DNA from: Harriotta raleighana
Taxonomy: Eukaryota
DNA: 64,000 nt
Assembly (NCBI GenBank): GCA_050575255.1
Contig: JBNZDD010013686.1
Span: 3,902,801-3,966,800 of the forward strand
Direction: 5' to 3'
Both the position numbers and the translations under genes were made by a program. Within the stretch, counting starts at the first letter, position 1. Every line of letters begins with the position of its first letter. The notes under the pieces are model-generated. The model saw nothing but the letters and a program-made list of their open reading frames with translations. It did no database searches and was not told where the DNA came from. Of this stretch, positions 11,358 through 24,935 are shown one piece after another.

Positions 11358-14300
11358 AAAAAAGGAAAACAAACTGAGCAATAATGAAAATTATGCCACT
11401 GTTAAAAATCCAAAGTAAATGATGGAGGCAAAATGTTTCTTTTTAATAAAGGAAAGGACCAAAAAAAATTGTGGAACAAGCTGAAAATGCAGCAAGAATC
11501 TTTGCCAGAATGGCTGCCCAGGTTTTTAATGAACAGGAGTGGTTGGGTAAATGAACTCAAAAGTATGGATCATTTATGAAGTCAGTTAATAATGTATTAC
11601 TTCTATGGTATGTTTGTGGAATGAAGTGACAGCCATAATTATGTATTTAATATGTAGGGTGAATCTATAATAATCTTTAAAAAAAAATCTCATCTTCATT
11701 TCCACTTAATAAATCTTAAAATAAAGTTATAGAGATTATATTGAATAACTGTTACATTTCATTGCCAATCTTCTATCGCGGTCTCTACACATAATTCCCG
11801 GGTGAGGGAGCCTGTTCTCCCAGACCTCTGAAGCCAACAAAACAAGACGTACAAGAGCAAACCCAGCATGACCTGTCCACATTTTCCTCCCTTCCTGTGG
11901 GGAAGGATGTGAACTCTTATTACCTCCTTCCCTTTACAGTGAGACTGGGGATCGCGGACATGTACTCCCTATCTTACTAGTACAAGGTTCAATATATGTC
12001 AGAGCATCATGAGCCGAGACACTCAACCCAATGTTTTGTATTTAAAAAGGGGATGTGCGTCTGTGAACTTCTTTCAAATAGCTGGCTTTAAATCCTTTTT
12101 TTGTCAATTCCCTTTTACATTGCTATTCTGGTGACATTTTCTTAGGACAAAAATAGAACCCTTTGCAACCCATTCTGCTTTGCTGGATTGCAGCCTGCAC
12201 AGTGACATTATGTATCTGAAGCTGATTAGAAGGCTAAATACTGCTATCAACAGAAAGCCTTTTAAAACAACCAGCAAAACATGTATTGTTCATCATTTGG
12301 ATACTGCAGATGCAAAAACAATGGGACTTGTGTTTACCTCATATGGGGTCTTTTTAATTGCTCATTATCCCCACTTACATAACAGAACGTGTTCTGGGCT
12401 AGTTGTAGCAGCAATCTCTCACACTGGTATTCTGCCAGTGCTGAAACTCATCCTTCTGGTTGTCTAATTCATACTGGAACAACTCAGGCCCTCTATCACA
12501 CCATGTCCCTGTTCGATCCTTTTCACTTATCTCCAGGCAATAGGGAACACCAGTATAATAGCATGTGTCACCACACTGCTGTCTCTTCAGAGTGCCTGCA
12601 CAGCTGGACTCAAAGGTACAAGAGCCACAGTAATCCAATACTCTGTTTAAAACTGTTCTCTTCTCCCGTCACCCCTGACTGCAGTGCTAACTTGTGGCTA
12701 CAGCCCTGTTTTCATGTGGGTCCATGATTTGAACCATCTTATGGCGGCAATTTTTTATAACGTTAAAATCAGCGATAGTAGTAATAGCAATGTCCCTGAA
12801 GATGACACCCGATTTAAATGGGCCAAATAGCAAACAAACAGCGCCTTCATCGACTCACTCTTGATTACCATATTCTGTAATACTATAAAATGCTTTGCAT
12901 TGAGCAAAGGTCAGATAATCTCAAAAAAAAGGTTACAAATTACTACCCCGGTCTCAATGGAAGCTTCATTCTTGTTGCAGTACATATGGTAGTCAACAAA
13001 AATAATGTTGATTTTTAACTACATTTAAGATGAGGGGGGAAAAAAAATACTCTGATCCTTGCACACTAATGAACAGTGCCACTTCCACATTGCATTCATG
13101 AACATGCCATCCATCTTGTGCTTGGTGTTTTACAAACATGTCAATGAATGTGGGCAGCTGTAAATTTAAACCCTGTGAGATCTGATTCAGTTTGATCCTC
13201 CTGATTCAAAGCGAATGCAGTCTCTAAGGGGGCCACGGTATAATTGGCAGTTCGGATTGTTATATTTAGCAGGGAAAAATAAAGTGTTTCATGACACGCT
13301 TGTTTTAGGAAGGTTACATCCATGATTTAAATGGCAGTGCGGCTTGTAATACATTTCAGGCAACAACTGTACTTTGATATTTTTCCGATGTTCCATGAAA
13401 AAATAAAGGAAGTTGCATTAAAATGAGAGAGGAGGGAAATAAAAAGTAGTGACACCAGATTGAAGTGAAATGATTGATTCCACAGCTAGTGGTTAGATTA
13501 TTGGGTGAAATTGTTGTTCACTAATGCACTTTGTCTATTACATTACTACTCTATTTGGCTTTCTTTGAATTCCGCAGTGTACTTGTATTTCCTTGCAGCG
13601 AACACGTTGAAAAGGTCCTCTGTTAATGGGTGTATTTGATGTACAGTATAAAGCAAATTATGTAGCAATCTAGATCATGAATTTACCAGATAGTCTATGT
13701 CCCTTTTCATGAAATGTCAATTATTAGTCATCATATGCTGGAAGCTTGCTTGAGTCACAGAAAGGACCAATATTTCTGAGAACTGTGATACTAAACCAAA
13801 GCAGATGTCTGTCAGGCTGCAAATATACAAAAAGGGGGGAAAATTAAGATCTATAATTACTCGGATTTTACAATTAGTTTATTTCCTTTCTGGCAAAGGG
13901 ACCTTTAGGATTATGTTTTATTTGGCTCATGTTTTCAATCCTCCCTGCTAGCTCCCAACAAATCTCCATCCAGTGAACTGAAAGTGTTCCTTCTTCTATT
14001 ATTTGATTTTCCAACTAAGTTGACGATTAGTTCAGGGATTGATTTTTTTTACACTCTGACACTCTTAAGGGAAAGGCCAGTTCAATCTGATAAATCTGCT
14101 GGGGAGGTGGATGCGGATTGACGCACACATGTGTTTACATTACACAGCAAGATCCCAATGTCCTCACTTTGTTATGGGAACACACAAAAAAATCTACAAA
14201 GCAAAAAAGCTATGCGCACATCTGCTTTCGATCTTTTCCTTCTGGGTTAAGATTAATGTTGTGCGGATAAGACATTTTAATGGGCAACCTAAGGTGTGCT

Positions 14301-15332
14301 TTTAAGGTTGGATGCTTAGCTTCATACTGAGAATTTCGGCATTACTTCTCTGTGGAGATTTTCACCATGTGTTAAAGATACAATGTGTGCGCTAGCGTGA
14401 ATGTGTGTGTGCACGCGCGCCTGCAGGCGTGTGTGTTTGTCTAGCTGTCTGTAGAGGAAAACTGATCTACATTGGCTTTAACTGCCTACAAGAATCAATC
14501 TGCTCGTCGACATAGGGCAACTCGCTTAAATTGATCTCATCTAGAGACTATGGATCAACTCAAGGGAGTAGATATAAAGATTTAGTCATTTTAACAGAGA
14601 AGAAAACAAACTGCTGGAAAAAGTAACTGCCCAGCCTGAAAGATGTTAGAAGCAGAACACAGTATCCATTGTGTTCTTACTGTAATGTTTGTAAAAGTAT
14701 AGAGAAAACTGCACTTTTTTTAATGTTAGGATTGCCAGCAAGCGTAATAAGCAGAAGTTACTGACTGGAAGATAAAGCGGGTAAGTGGACTGTGGGTTAC
14801 CAAAGACTGTATAAATCGGTCCTCCTAATTCAGACAGGACTGACCACTAATTGAAACCAAGTGCGGCAAATGGGACCATGGTGGTAAATTCATTCTGAAT
14901 CCAGATGAAAAATGGTCAATCCACCTCGAAACATTCAAAACACATCCACTTCCTTGTCTTTGATTTACACACCCTCCATTCCTCAATGCTTCTCATAGTA
15001 ACTAGGCATCTTGTTCCAAATTACTTTTTAATTAGCATCAGTTATATTATTCTCAATGTACAAAAGTGCTGGCATTGATAGCGGGTCATATATTCATGCC
15101 CACATTGTTTGATGGCTCGATGTTTAAATATTAGGCACAGCATATAAAACGCCATCTCTGCATCAGCCCACTTGCTTGTTGTATGGATATATGTTTAGAT
15201 TTATTGCTTTTAAATAAATGTCCTTTCTGGTTCCCCTATTATGTGCTTTGATCGACCCCCCTTGTTGATATACAGGCTCAATTGCAGATGGTTCAGAATT
15301 TACAAGTTAGCATCCTATACCCAACTCAGCAG

Positions 15333-15570
15333 AATAATAATAATTATACTTGCATTTGATATAGTGCCTTATCATGTCTTTGAGATGTCTCAAAGCACTT
15401 CATAATAATAATACTACCATTTGATATGGTGCCTTACCACGTCTTCGAGAAGTTTCAAAGCTCTTCACAGAGTACTGTAGCGAATTGACTGTATATTTTC
15501 TAGGTGAAATGTGACAACCAATTGCGCACAGTAATGCCCCACAACAAAAATTTGTGGATTGAGTGACCAC
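15333..15570 (-). mobile_element. Deu-SINE 3' half with two tandem tails
   Basis: Two consecutive (AAT)n-..catttgatat.gtgcctta.ca.gtctt.gaga tails, then ccaattgcgcacag (Deu core). Confidence 0.8.
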
Positions 15571-17162
15571 ATTTTTTAAAAAAGATTTTGAAAGGATTAT
15601 TATTATAATTAAAATTCCACTTGATTATCTTAAACATTCAATTCATATTTAAGTTTTTTTTTAACTGGATCTACTTAATTCGGTGACTAGTAACAAAACA
15701 ACAAAATTACATTTGTATAGCGCCTTCCACATCAAGACTACTATTCATTTCACCAAAATATTATTGGGTTGGGTGTGTATGAAAGAGGGAAAGAGTTAAA
15801 ACAATTTTATGATCAGCTCTAGAAACATAACAAGTAAAATGATTGTCTACTGGAGGGGAAAAACAATCCTGAATGTTAGGTCAATGCTTACTTGTTTTCC
15901 TGTTAAAGTTTGTTTGCAAAATACAAGCAGTTTCAGAATGTTAGTGCCCACAGATATGTTATTGAGTTACAAGTTCTGGGATCTCTGCCACAGTGCTAAA
16001 TTACACTGTTTTGGGGGAAGGGGGAGTGCTTTTATGATGCACATCAAAGAGCATCGGAGCAATGCTGACGTGCCAGCAGTTTTGTGCCAGTTCTGTGCAG
16101 GCGGTTGCTATGAGTACGTCTTTATCTAGCCTATTACTCATGAACAACAAATTCACAATAAAGATGCAATGTAAAAAAGTAAAGCCATAATATCAAAGGT
16201 GTGATTGACAGTAATGGCACAGACCATATCCATATTCAGTTGTTTGAAAATCTTTCTGAAGTTCAATTACTTTCTGTCATGTGAACTATTTTTTGCGTTA
16301 GTTCTGCCCCTATGAACCACATGCCCAATCCAATAACATTGTACTCTACGAAGTAGAGATGGGAGATGCAAGTTGATGGGCAGATAGAATTAAGAGTGAA
16401 ACATTAAAAGTTCCACCCTCAGAAGGAGAGTGCTGGCATGTGTGTTGGAGACTTCTTTAGTCGCATCATGTTATTTTGGCTTTTTTACACACAGCACTGT
16501 GTTCCTATCATTAGAAGGCAGATAAAACCCTAATGAACACTTGTTCTTGGTGGTGGTGTTAGGTGCAGAAAATCCTGTTAACGCAGTTATTTACGTGATA
16601 ACTCTTTGGACATCTCACTGACCAAAGCTGCTCTAAACATCAATGGTAAATTCAAATGGACTAGGCTAACCTCAAACCAGATTCCAGTACTTCTTAACTG
16701 ACTTACATGTATATATTTACATAGCTGGCTGCAAAGTCATAGCCAAAATTTAAATTGGAAAACAGATAATTAGGATAAGAGAAGATACTTATTCTGCCAA
16801 TAGATGGTATAATTAGAATTCATGTGAACACTTACTGCTGAGGCTAATTAGAATACTAGGAGGAAGCTAGTCACAGTGAATGAATGTTCTGCACAAATGA
16901 ATATGATTAAAAATTATTCTTTATCTGATGTGCATTGCCAGTTTTAAATGTAATATTAAATCTGCAGTGATGTGGTTTATTGAACAATTGAAAGTTTCCA
17001 CAGGAGCACTCTTTGCACTATGAAAATGTATACCATGCTTCATTTTTCTGGAACAGCTTAATGTAATTTTTCAGATAGTTTTAAAACATAAGAGTAATTT
17101 AGTCAAATGTGCTCTTGGGCCCACATGACTTATTCCAGGCCAGGCCATGATTTCATACTTGC

Positions 17163-17185
17163 TGTGTGTGTGTGTGTGTGTGTGT
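17163..17185. repeat. (TG)n microsatellite
   Basis: Directly visible. Confidence 0.95.
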
Positions 17186-17424
17186 TTAAAGAACAATGGG
17201 TGGAAGAATGCTGTATAAATGCAAGTTGTTGTTGTGTTGAGGTTGATCTCTTCATATCATGGAATAAGAACATAGAAACTTGTAGAATGCATTATAGGAC
17301 ATTCAACTTGTCAATCTCTGTTATACCATTATGTCTTCCATCTCTGCCACATTGCCCATCTCCCATCAATACTGCACCCCAAAAGCTGCCAAAACCCTTG
17401 TCCATGCCTTTGTGATATACCCAA

Positions 17425-18009
17425 CTGAGACGCCGTCCAGCATGGAGGGCACTATATAAATCAAAGTTGTTGTTGTTGTTGTCATCTCTCAGCTGGACTA
17501 TTCTAATTTCCTCCTCGACAGAACCCCCATCTCCACTATTGATAAAATTCAGCTCTTATTCAAAACTTTGCTGTATTCTCACCCACATCAAACTTCGTAC
17601 CCTGATTATCCGACTCCTTGCCAAACTCCTACCGAGCGGATCGACTTTAAGATCCTCCCTCCAGTGTTTAAATCCCTCCATTCCTCAGCAACGTTGCTAT
17701 CTCTGTAACCTTTTTTCTCTTCATAGTAGTGCCGATTCCCTCCACTCTTCTGGATCCAGGCTCCTTACTGTCCCCCGAATCCTCCGCTCCACCATCCACA
17801 TCCGTGCTTTCAGCAACTGTGCCCTGAAACTTTGGAAAATCCTCCCTCGTCTACTTCACCCCATCCCCTTCTTCCCCATTTTCAGGTCATGCCTGAAGAC
17901 CTACCTTTTCGACTGCGCCTACGGTCACCTTCCCCCTTCCCCTGGCTCAGCCCATGGCTCAAGCATTCTGAGATGGAGGATGCTATATAAATGGAAGTTG
18001 TTGTTGTTG
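17425..18009 (+). mobile_element. L2-clade LINE 3' fragment (17490-18009) preceded by a separate L2 tail (17425-17482)
   Basis: The ORF 17467..18132 relic contains SGSRLLTVPR..RAFSNCALKLWKILP..FRSCLKTYLF, typical of the L2 ORF2 C-terminus. Ends gctatataaatggaag(ttg)n. Confidence 0.85.
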
Positions 18010-18589
18010 CTATGTCAAATGTTTAAATTTCATTTGTTGAGGCTTTTCATATCCTATAATAGCCTGGCTCCCCAAATATCCATCGCCCTTTTAAATATCC
18101 CAGTAGATTCTATATCTAATACTGTGGTATAGATTGCAAATTGAATTGATGGGGATTGCAACTGCAATTTTCCTAATTTCTCTCTCAGTGCATTGATTCA
18201 GGTTCTCTGCTTTATAGCAGAGTACAACATCCAGATGGGCTGTAAAAATATGGAACAATTACACAGGTAAATAGTTTCAGGTTAGTTTATTAAAATAGCC
18301 TGATTTGAGTTTGGCAAGCAGGTGCCTTTTCTCACTAGAGTCACACATTCCAAGGATTCAATTTCCATTTCAAAAATAGTACCATGTGTGTGCAGAGCGA
18401 CCTAAAGCCAAGCTATTTACTGGCTATATCTCACTGGAATTTGTATATTGTGTTTTATAACAGAGGCCTTCAAGCTCATATTATCACTTGGATATAAAGT
18501 CATGCTCTTGTGTCTTAATCAGCTCTTCCATATGCATCTCTGAGCCAAAGCCAGAAGAGTAGCAGTGTTGTTTAAACGCACAGAGATTG

Positions 18590-18840
18590 GGTTCCTTAGC
18601 TTCTGTGGTTGCACACAATGCATGTTACAGTTTGAACAATAGGTCTAGGACAGCCCCAGGCTTGAACCTGGATTTCTTCTGGCTTAGTTTAACTCACTCA
18701 GGGCAGTGAAGGTTCAGGTCTTTGATTGTAAGGAGGACTGTATATGTGAGGGGGAAATCGGTCAGACTTCCTGCCTTGGGTCACTATTGGTGACCCCCTC
18801 TGGAACAGTTAGAAGTGAGAGTTAGGGTGAGAACAGTTCT
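18590..18840 (+). mobile_element. Old SINE-like interspersed repeat, related to 8125-8358
   Basis: ccccaggcttgaacctgg B-box-like segment, gggaaatcggtcag and ggtgaccccctctggaa blocks. Confidence 0.45.
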
Positions 18841-19684
18841 AAATACCCCAGGGATTTCCAACAATCAAAGCACTTGCCAAAATACACCATAGTATTATTA
18901 GTATTGTATTATTAGTAGTAGTAATATTATTAGTATCCCTGACATTGGTCATTTGGGTGAGATATGGGTGTGATTCCTGGTAGCTATGGAAAAGTACATC
19001 TGCATCAGTGTGACATTTCAGAAGATGAGAGAATTGCAGAATGAAACTAAGGTCAATCCACCCTCTCTCAAGAATTGTGCCCAAATTGAATAGCTCAAAA
19101 CAAATAACCAGAATTCTAAAACAAAATAACATATCGTGGAGCAGACATGACCTGTTCTCTCCAATTTCCAGTACAAAATTAAAAAAATTTAACAGCTTGA
19201 AATAATTGCAGTGTAAACCTAATTAAAATAGAAAATTAAATATGAATCGTTATTCAATAACTATTGTGTATCTCTTCCAGAAGTCTCTGCTTTAATAATT
19301 AAGTGGATCCCTGCTGTGCTTGTGAGAGTTCATAGACCAATTATTCTACAAAGAAAATTAGTGTAAATTATTGGACAATGATTGGGGAGGAATTCTTAAC
19401 TAATATTTACCAGTAGAAAAATCTAGTTGGATGCAGACAGTTAACATTGTCAGAATGGTAATGTAATTGTGTCAGTGTTTAGTTTGGGGTCGCAGCTATT
19501 ATTCATAGCAACTCATTTTCATGACGTGTGATGTAAACACTGTACTATTTTTTCTATTCTAATTGGCCATCCATTTCACTATTATTTGTGAGACGTTCCT
19601 GCTGCTGATTGGCTACAGGTTTGTTCATGGTACAAAAGTTACGGCAGCTTAAGGTGACTCATTTTCTGAAACTGTTTGCGACGT

Positions 19685-20000
19685 CTCCAAAGTGCTTCAG
19701 GGGTAAATGCTGTCAACTGGTGTGGTTTTCATTTTAGGGAAACAAAGGAGCTATTTGCCTTAGCAGCCGGCAGGCAAATATCCTATTAATCAGGAAGATT
19801 GTTGGCCAGATTAGTGGAAACAACCTTCTCTTCCAGAATAGTGTTTTAATGTTTCATCTGAGGGATTGCACCTCCCATCAATGCTGCCCTCCCACAGTGC
19901 TATTCTCAAATGTCAGCCAACATAATAGCTCATGTCCCGATGTGAGACTTGAACCCACAGTCCTCTGACCAAGAAGTGAGAGTGTTAATCACTGAGACAG
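19685..20000 (-). mobile_element. SacSINE1-like Deu SINE
   Basis: acttgaacccacagtcctctgacc..gtgagagtgttaatcactgag (head, reverse complement), gcacctcc and ttggccag blocks. Confidence 0.7.
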
Positions 20001-21102
20001 GTATTCAAGTTGGAGGAAAACTCAGATCAACAAAATGAATTTCAGCATAACTCCAAAACCACCACGGTCAATATTTCTTAAACCAACGTTCACTACTTGC
20101 AAAGAGAGATCATCGGAAGATGAGGGTATTGGGGAGAGGGTTAGTTTGCTCCTTGTAGCCAATGACATTGCCATAAACCCATAAACCTTCATAAACAACG
20201 AGGATAGAGTGATCTACATGGTACAATACTTCAAATTAGGCTAGTTAGTACTATTGTCCAATGCATAAGCACAATTTTTTTTTAAAAATCTTAAATTTGA
20301 TATAGAGCCTTATCACTTCAGCAAAACAGAAGCTTGGTTAACGTTTTATCCTAAGGTACGGGAACAAAAAGCGCAATGTGCCTGACTGTTGGAATGAAAT
20401 TACAGTGTTTTGCATTATCTGTTCTTTGACTTATTGTGATTTTATTTTAACTAACGTCTTAATTTAAATGTGCATCTGTAAGTCCATTCAATGTTGAAAA
20501 CATAGAGGCTCTTTTAGACCATGGGATTGAGAACATATTTAGGGTAAAACCGCTTTAGTTTTCCCTGGACTTTTACAGCCTACTTAAAAATATTGCACTT
20601 TTAATGGCAGTGCAAAAAGCTTTCATTTCCAACTCTCCGATTTACGGTACCTCGTAGCAAAGTTAGCTATTTGTTACAATTTTTATATAAAGAGTGGTTT
20701 GGCTGGGAGAATCACCGTTTTCAGAAACATACTCGCCTTGTTCTGAAATACGGTTAATCCTTGTAAAAGAATCCTATTAGAAACCGCTGGATTTTCCAAC
20801 CCTTATTAAGATTGCTAATTGGCGAGAGTTCAGGCCATTCACATAACTCCTCACGCCTTCACCATCTCAGCTGAATATGCCTCTTTGAACCAAGATTTCC
20901 AGTACAGTCGCCGAGAATTCAATAAAGAGCATATGCTGTCACCTGAGGTACTTCATCTATCCAGCTAGTGGTTTTGGCCTCTGCATTGCGAGCTGTACAT
21001 TGCCTGGCTTCAGGTGCAACAATGTAATTCTTCAAGACGCCCGAGACACGTATATCTTCCAAAGTGGTTCCATCAATCTCGAGATTTGAATTGAAGATGT
21101 TT

Positions 21103-21128
21103 TCTCTCTCTCTCTCTCTCTCGCTCTC
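21103..21128. repeat. (TC)n microsatellite
   Basis: Directly visible. Confidence 0.95.
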
Positions 21129-21509
21129 AACAAGATGACATTTTTTTTCCCCTAGTGGCTATAACTGTCACTCAGAAAGAAATAAGGGAAAAAAAACACA
21201 AGACTGGCAAATCTAATGAGAATCAATGTGAGAGTGAAGGGCAGGGTGACAAAATGAGAAGTGAATGCAGGGACTCCACCAAGGCATTGGATTGCGGACC
21301 TCATTAGCAAAATACCGCCCTGCCAATCTCTAGAAGTAACGTGTACAAAGACAGAAACCTTTCTGTTCAAAGTGCGAGTCTCTCCGGGCTGTTTTAATGG
21401 TTCGAACTGCAACGGTACCAGGGATTTGAGTCTGCTAACCAGGACCAGGAAGCAAGAACAGAATTTTTTTAATTCCCCCCCCACCCCCCACCCGCAAAAA
21501 AAATTTAAA

Positions 21510-21592
21510 TGGTGAAAATGCGCAATAGGTCAATCGGCACTTGGAAGCGAAAAGGCAGGCTAGTGTTTTGGGTGTGACCCTTCTCCAGAACA
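21510..21592 (-). mobile_element. Penelope-like terminal-repeat fragment (degenerate)
   Basis: Similar to 48553-48680 (aggtca..gca...g..ttt.gggt..tgaccctt). The family assignment rests on recollection of chondrichthyan repeats. Confidence 0.45.
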
Positions 21593-22925
21593 CTTCACAA
21601 GATATGATTGGTTTTGTCAGCGTTCAATAAAAAAATACTGACACTGCAACCATATGTTAGGACTCTGAGAAGGAAAGGGGAAGGTTGCTTTAACTCTGTT
21701 GAATATACCCTGGGGCTATCAGTAGGCTCTTAAATGGGCTGTCCTGCCAACACCAAGTTTGTTAGCAGTACAATCGATAACACAGCACATATAAGCTGAT
21801 GACCCAGTTCAGTTCACCATCTAATAAGATAAATTTTTTTAATGAAAATGTCAACCTCTTACAGGTTCTAGATGTTCATTCGACACTGGCTTGGAAGTGA
21901 CTGCTCAGCAGTCATGCCTCTTCTGGGAGTTTGTGGCATTTTCACAAACTCTCCTTTTGGCTCTGACCCCATTTATGTTGTAAGTGGTGTCAGAGCCAGT
22001 AGCTGAGAGCACGGCCATTGTTGCCCTCTCGTCTCCCTCCACACCCCCACCCTTTGGCCAATTTTCCTACAACGTTTGTTATGCCTTTTGTTATTCTTGC
22101 CCTCATCCTACTGATATCCACTCTGATCACCCTGATGCCCCCTTGCTCTCAGTCACTTTTGCTGTCTCTCTATCCTCCACTCTCTTCTTCTTGCACATTC
22201 TATAGACTGACTTGCTCCCAAGCACAGACCCAGCTTCCAATACGACAATTACTATAAGAAGTGGCGGTAAAAATGATTACTCAGCACACTCAAACGATAG
22301 AACTATTCTTGGGAGTCTATATCTCAAGCTAGCCTGTTAGTTGCTTCAATTTCGCAATACACCTTTCAGCAAGCACTTCATTCAGCCCAGGGCCTTTAAT
22401 GAGCAAGCTGATTCAGGGACAAGAAGAGAGATTTACCTGCTGACCCAGACATTGCTAAGTATTGGAAGAACCAACTCCCAAAGGAAGCAAAGCTGCAGCC
22501 TCCCTGAATTCCCGTTAATCATTTGTGCTTTGTTAATCACTTTATTATTTTTCTGTACTGGTAACCATTTATGTTTTTGTTTCCTCTCTGTGCCTCTTTT
22601 AAATGATATGAATGATTTACACCCTGGCGACAGTGTGAAAGCAGCTAATAGGGATGGTTATGGTCCCCGAGCGCTTTTGACTGTTCTGTGGCATTGATCT
22701 GAGGAAGGAAGGGTTGGTGGTGGTCATATGCAGACTTTCTAATCATGACACCGAGATAGATAGTGATCGATAAAGTGGATCAGCAGCTACAGAAAATTAT
22801 TGATCTGTGTCACAGAGTTGCAAACTCTATTATCTTTCTGGGCATCTTCCAACTTAAACAGTGCACAGATTGTCCTCCAGGAGACCGTCACGAAGAAGTA
22901 ATTTTTTTTCAATTTGGATCCATTC

Positions 22926-22982
22926 CACACACACACACACTGCACACACACACACACACACACGCACACACACACACACACA
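22926..22982. repeat. (CA)n microsatellite, interrupted
   Basis: Directly visible. Confidence 0.95.
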
Positions 22983-23685
22983 GGTCTTTAGCTGCGAGTT
23001 GTTGCTGGAATGAAATGATTGAATTCCTTCAGTGTAAAACATTACACCATAATATGCACAATAACACTGATAAGCACATTAAATCAGTGCAATTACATTT
23101 TCTCTGATCTATTTGATAAGTTGCTGTGCTATGTGTTAACAATTATCTACGCATACAGTATTGCACGCTAACATCAATAGATGATGTACTAATATACTGA
23201 AAGCTATAATTCAGATTGAGTGGATATTTTCAATTGCAGCCTGATATCTACCTTAGTCACTTGTAAACACAGAGCATGATAATCCAACAATGTTTCATAC
23301 TTAGTGCCCCACATTTTCAAGATTAAAAGTCCAAAAAGTGGCCAACATGTTAATAAAGAGGCCTTTCCACAGCCCAGGTAATGTCATTTAGTCTGATCTC
23401 AGACATTCTTACCCAGCAAAGAAAATGACAGATAGCAGCAAAGAAATTCAGGGTTTGGACTCAGCAGGGAGCAGTACTTTGAAACATATAATTGGGAAAT
23501 CAGAAAATGGAAGGGGACGTACTTGTAGTAACATTTCAAGCCCCTTTATGGGCTGATAAATATAATATTTGATAACGAATGGATTGCAAGTAAATATCTA
23601 CTGAAAGATAAGATGAGTGAAACTACATTGTGGAACAACGCCAGCGAATAGTGCAACAAGTCCCCACACCTCGGAAGTTCCTTCT

Positions 23686-23912
23686 ACAACAACAGCGACT
23701 TGCATTTATATTGTGCCTGCCACGCCAGGCAGCTCTCAGAGAGCTCCACAATGGCGGAGCCGAGGGCGAGCTCGCGGGATAGGGAAAAACATGACAGTAA
23801 GCGAGGTCAAAGACAAAAGTCTTCAGGCGCGATCTGAAGATGCGAAAGGAGGGAGCGAGTCGAAGGGCTTGAGGGAGGGAGCTCCAGAGTTTCGAGGCCT
23901 AGCTGAAAGCAC
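23686..23912 (-). mobile_element. L2-clade LINE 3' end
   Basis: (AAC)n-gacttgcatttata tail. The reverse strand encodes SARPRNSGAPSL...FASSDRA, a frameshifted relic of the LWNSLP...FRSRLKT region. Confidence 0.7.
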
Positions 23913-23939
23913 TACTATCAATATTATTCTTCTGCGCAG

Positions 23940-24297
23940 TAATAATAATAAAAATGATTGCATTTCATTGAGCTCATTATCACATCTTCGAGACATCTCA
24001 AAGCATTTCACAGCATATGCTGCAAAGTGAATTCACTGTATATTTTTGTGAGCAAAACGCAGCTGCAAATTGTGCACACTTTAAGCCTGACCAATTAAAG
24101 TGACCAATTTATTATTCTTATAATTTTTTTAACGAATTATTACCCCCAGAAAAGCGATCTGCCACTAGGTTCTTACTTAGTGCTAGGTAAACAGAGGAGT
24201 GTGGAGCAAGAAAACTTGCCCATTAGTTTGCCCTGCTGGGAATGGAACCCAGGTCTCTCACTTGAGAGGCGAGCGCTCTGAACTGCTGAGCTAAAGG
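23940..24297 (-). mobile_element. Near full-length tRNA-derived Deu SINE
   Basis: (AAT)n tail, cttcgagacatctcaaagca, gcagctgcaaattgtgcaca core, head gggaatggaacccaggtctctcacttg..gcgagcgctct..ctgagcta. Confidence 0.82.
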
Positions 24298-24935
24298 CCT
24301 CCACGAGGGAGGTGCAGGGGTGAGTGGAAGCTGAGAACTTGGCCTGCCTTGGAGGGAGGACAGATCATACTGCTTTTGTGCATTGCATTTAGCGGTCAGA
24401 TCAAACACTGAATTGTGAAAGGCCAGGGAACAGGGATTTCCTGCCCATTCTCTTGGCTGGCGAATAGTGTCAGGCACAGAGAGACCCAACAGGAAGGATC
24501 AAAAGTCAATTGAAAAGAAACAAAAAAAAACACTAAACGGTATGATGACTGCATGTATCGGACAAGTTTGTTTATGCAAGGGCCAGTGCTATACCACAGG
24601 GTGGAAAATAACAAAAATAATCCTTGCTCAGTAGAGTAGAACTCGTGAAGCCATTTATGTAAGAACCCAAGGTTTCTATCGGGTCTGTAACACAATATGT
24701 TAGTTTAAATTCTGATAGGTGGTGTTTGAGTTAAGTCATAGAGGAACCAGTAGTTACCAAGTTCAAAATGGACTGTATTCTTTGTTTTATGTTGATCTTT
24801 AAGACAATACTCCTTTGTAACCCTGGCAAACTACAAGAATAATACAAGAAATCTTAATTGAAAAATTTGAAAGGAAGAGTGAAAACAGGTTTACTTTTGA
24901 ATCACCTGGCAGGCACGGTTATGTGACACACAGGT

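Noticed and set aside
12399-12638. Cys-rich 79-aa ORF on the - strand
   Set aside because: No recognisable domain spacing, signal peptide or splice context, and a non-ATG start; consistent with chance.
17467-18132. 221-aa ORF, the longest in the window
   Set aside because: A chance open frame through a decayed C-rich L2 fragment.
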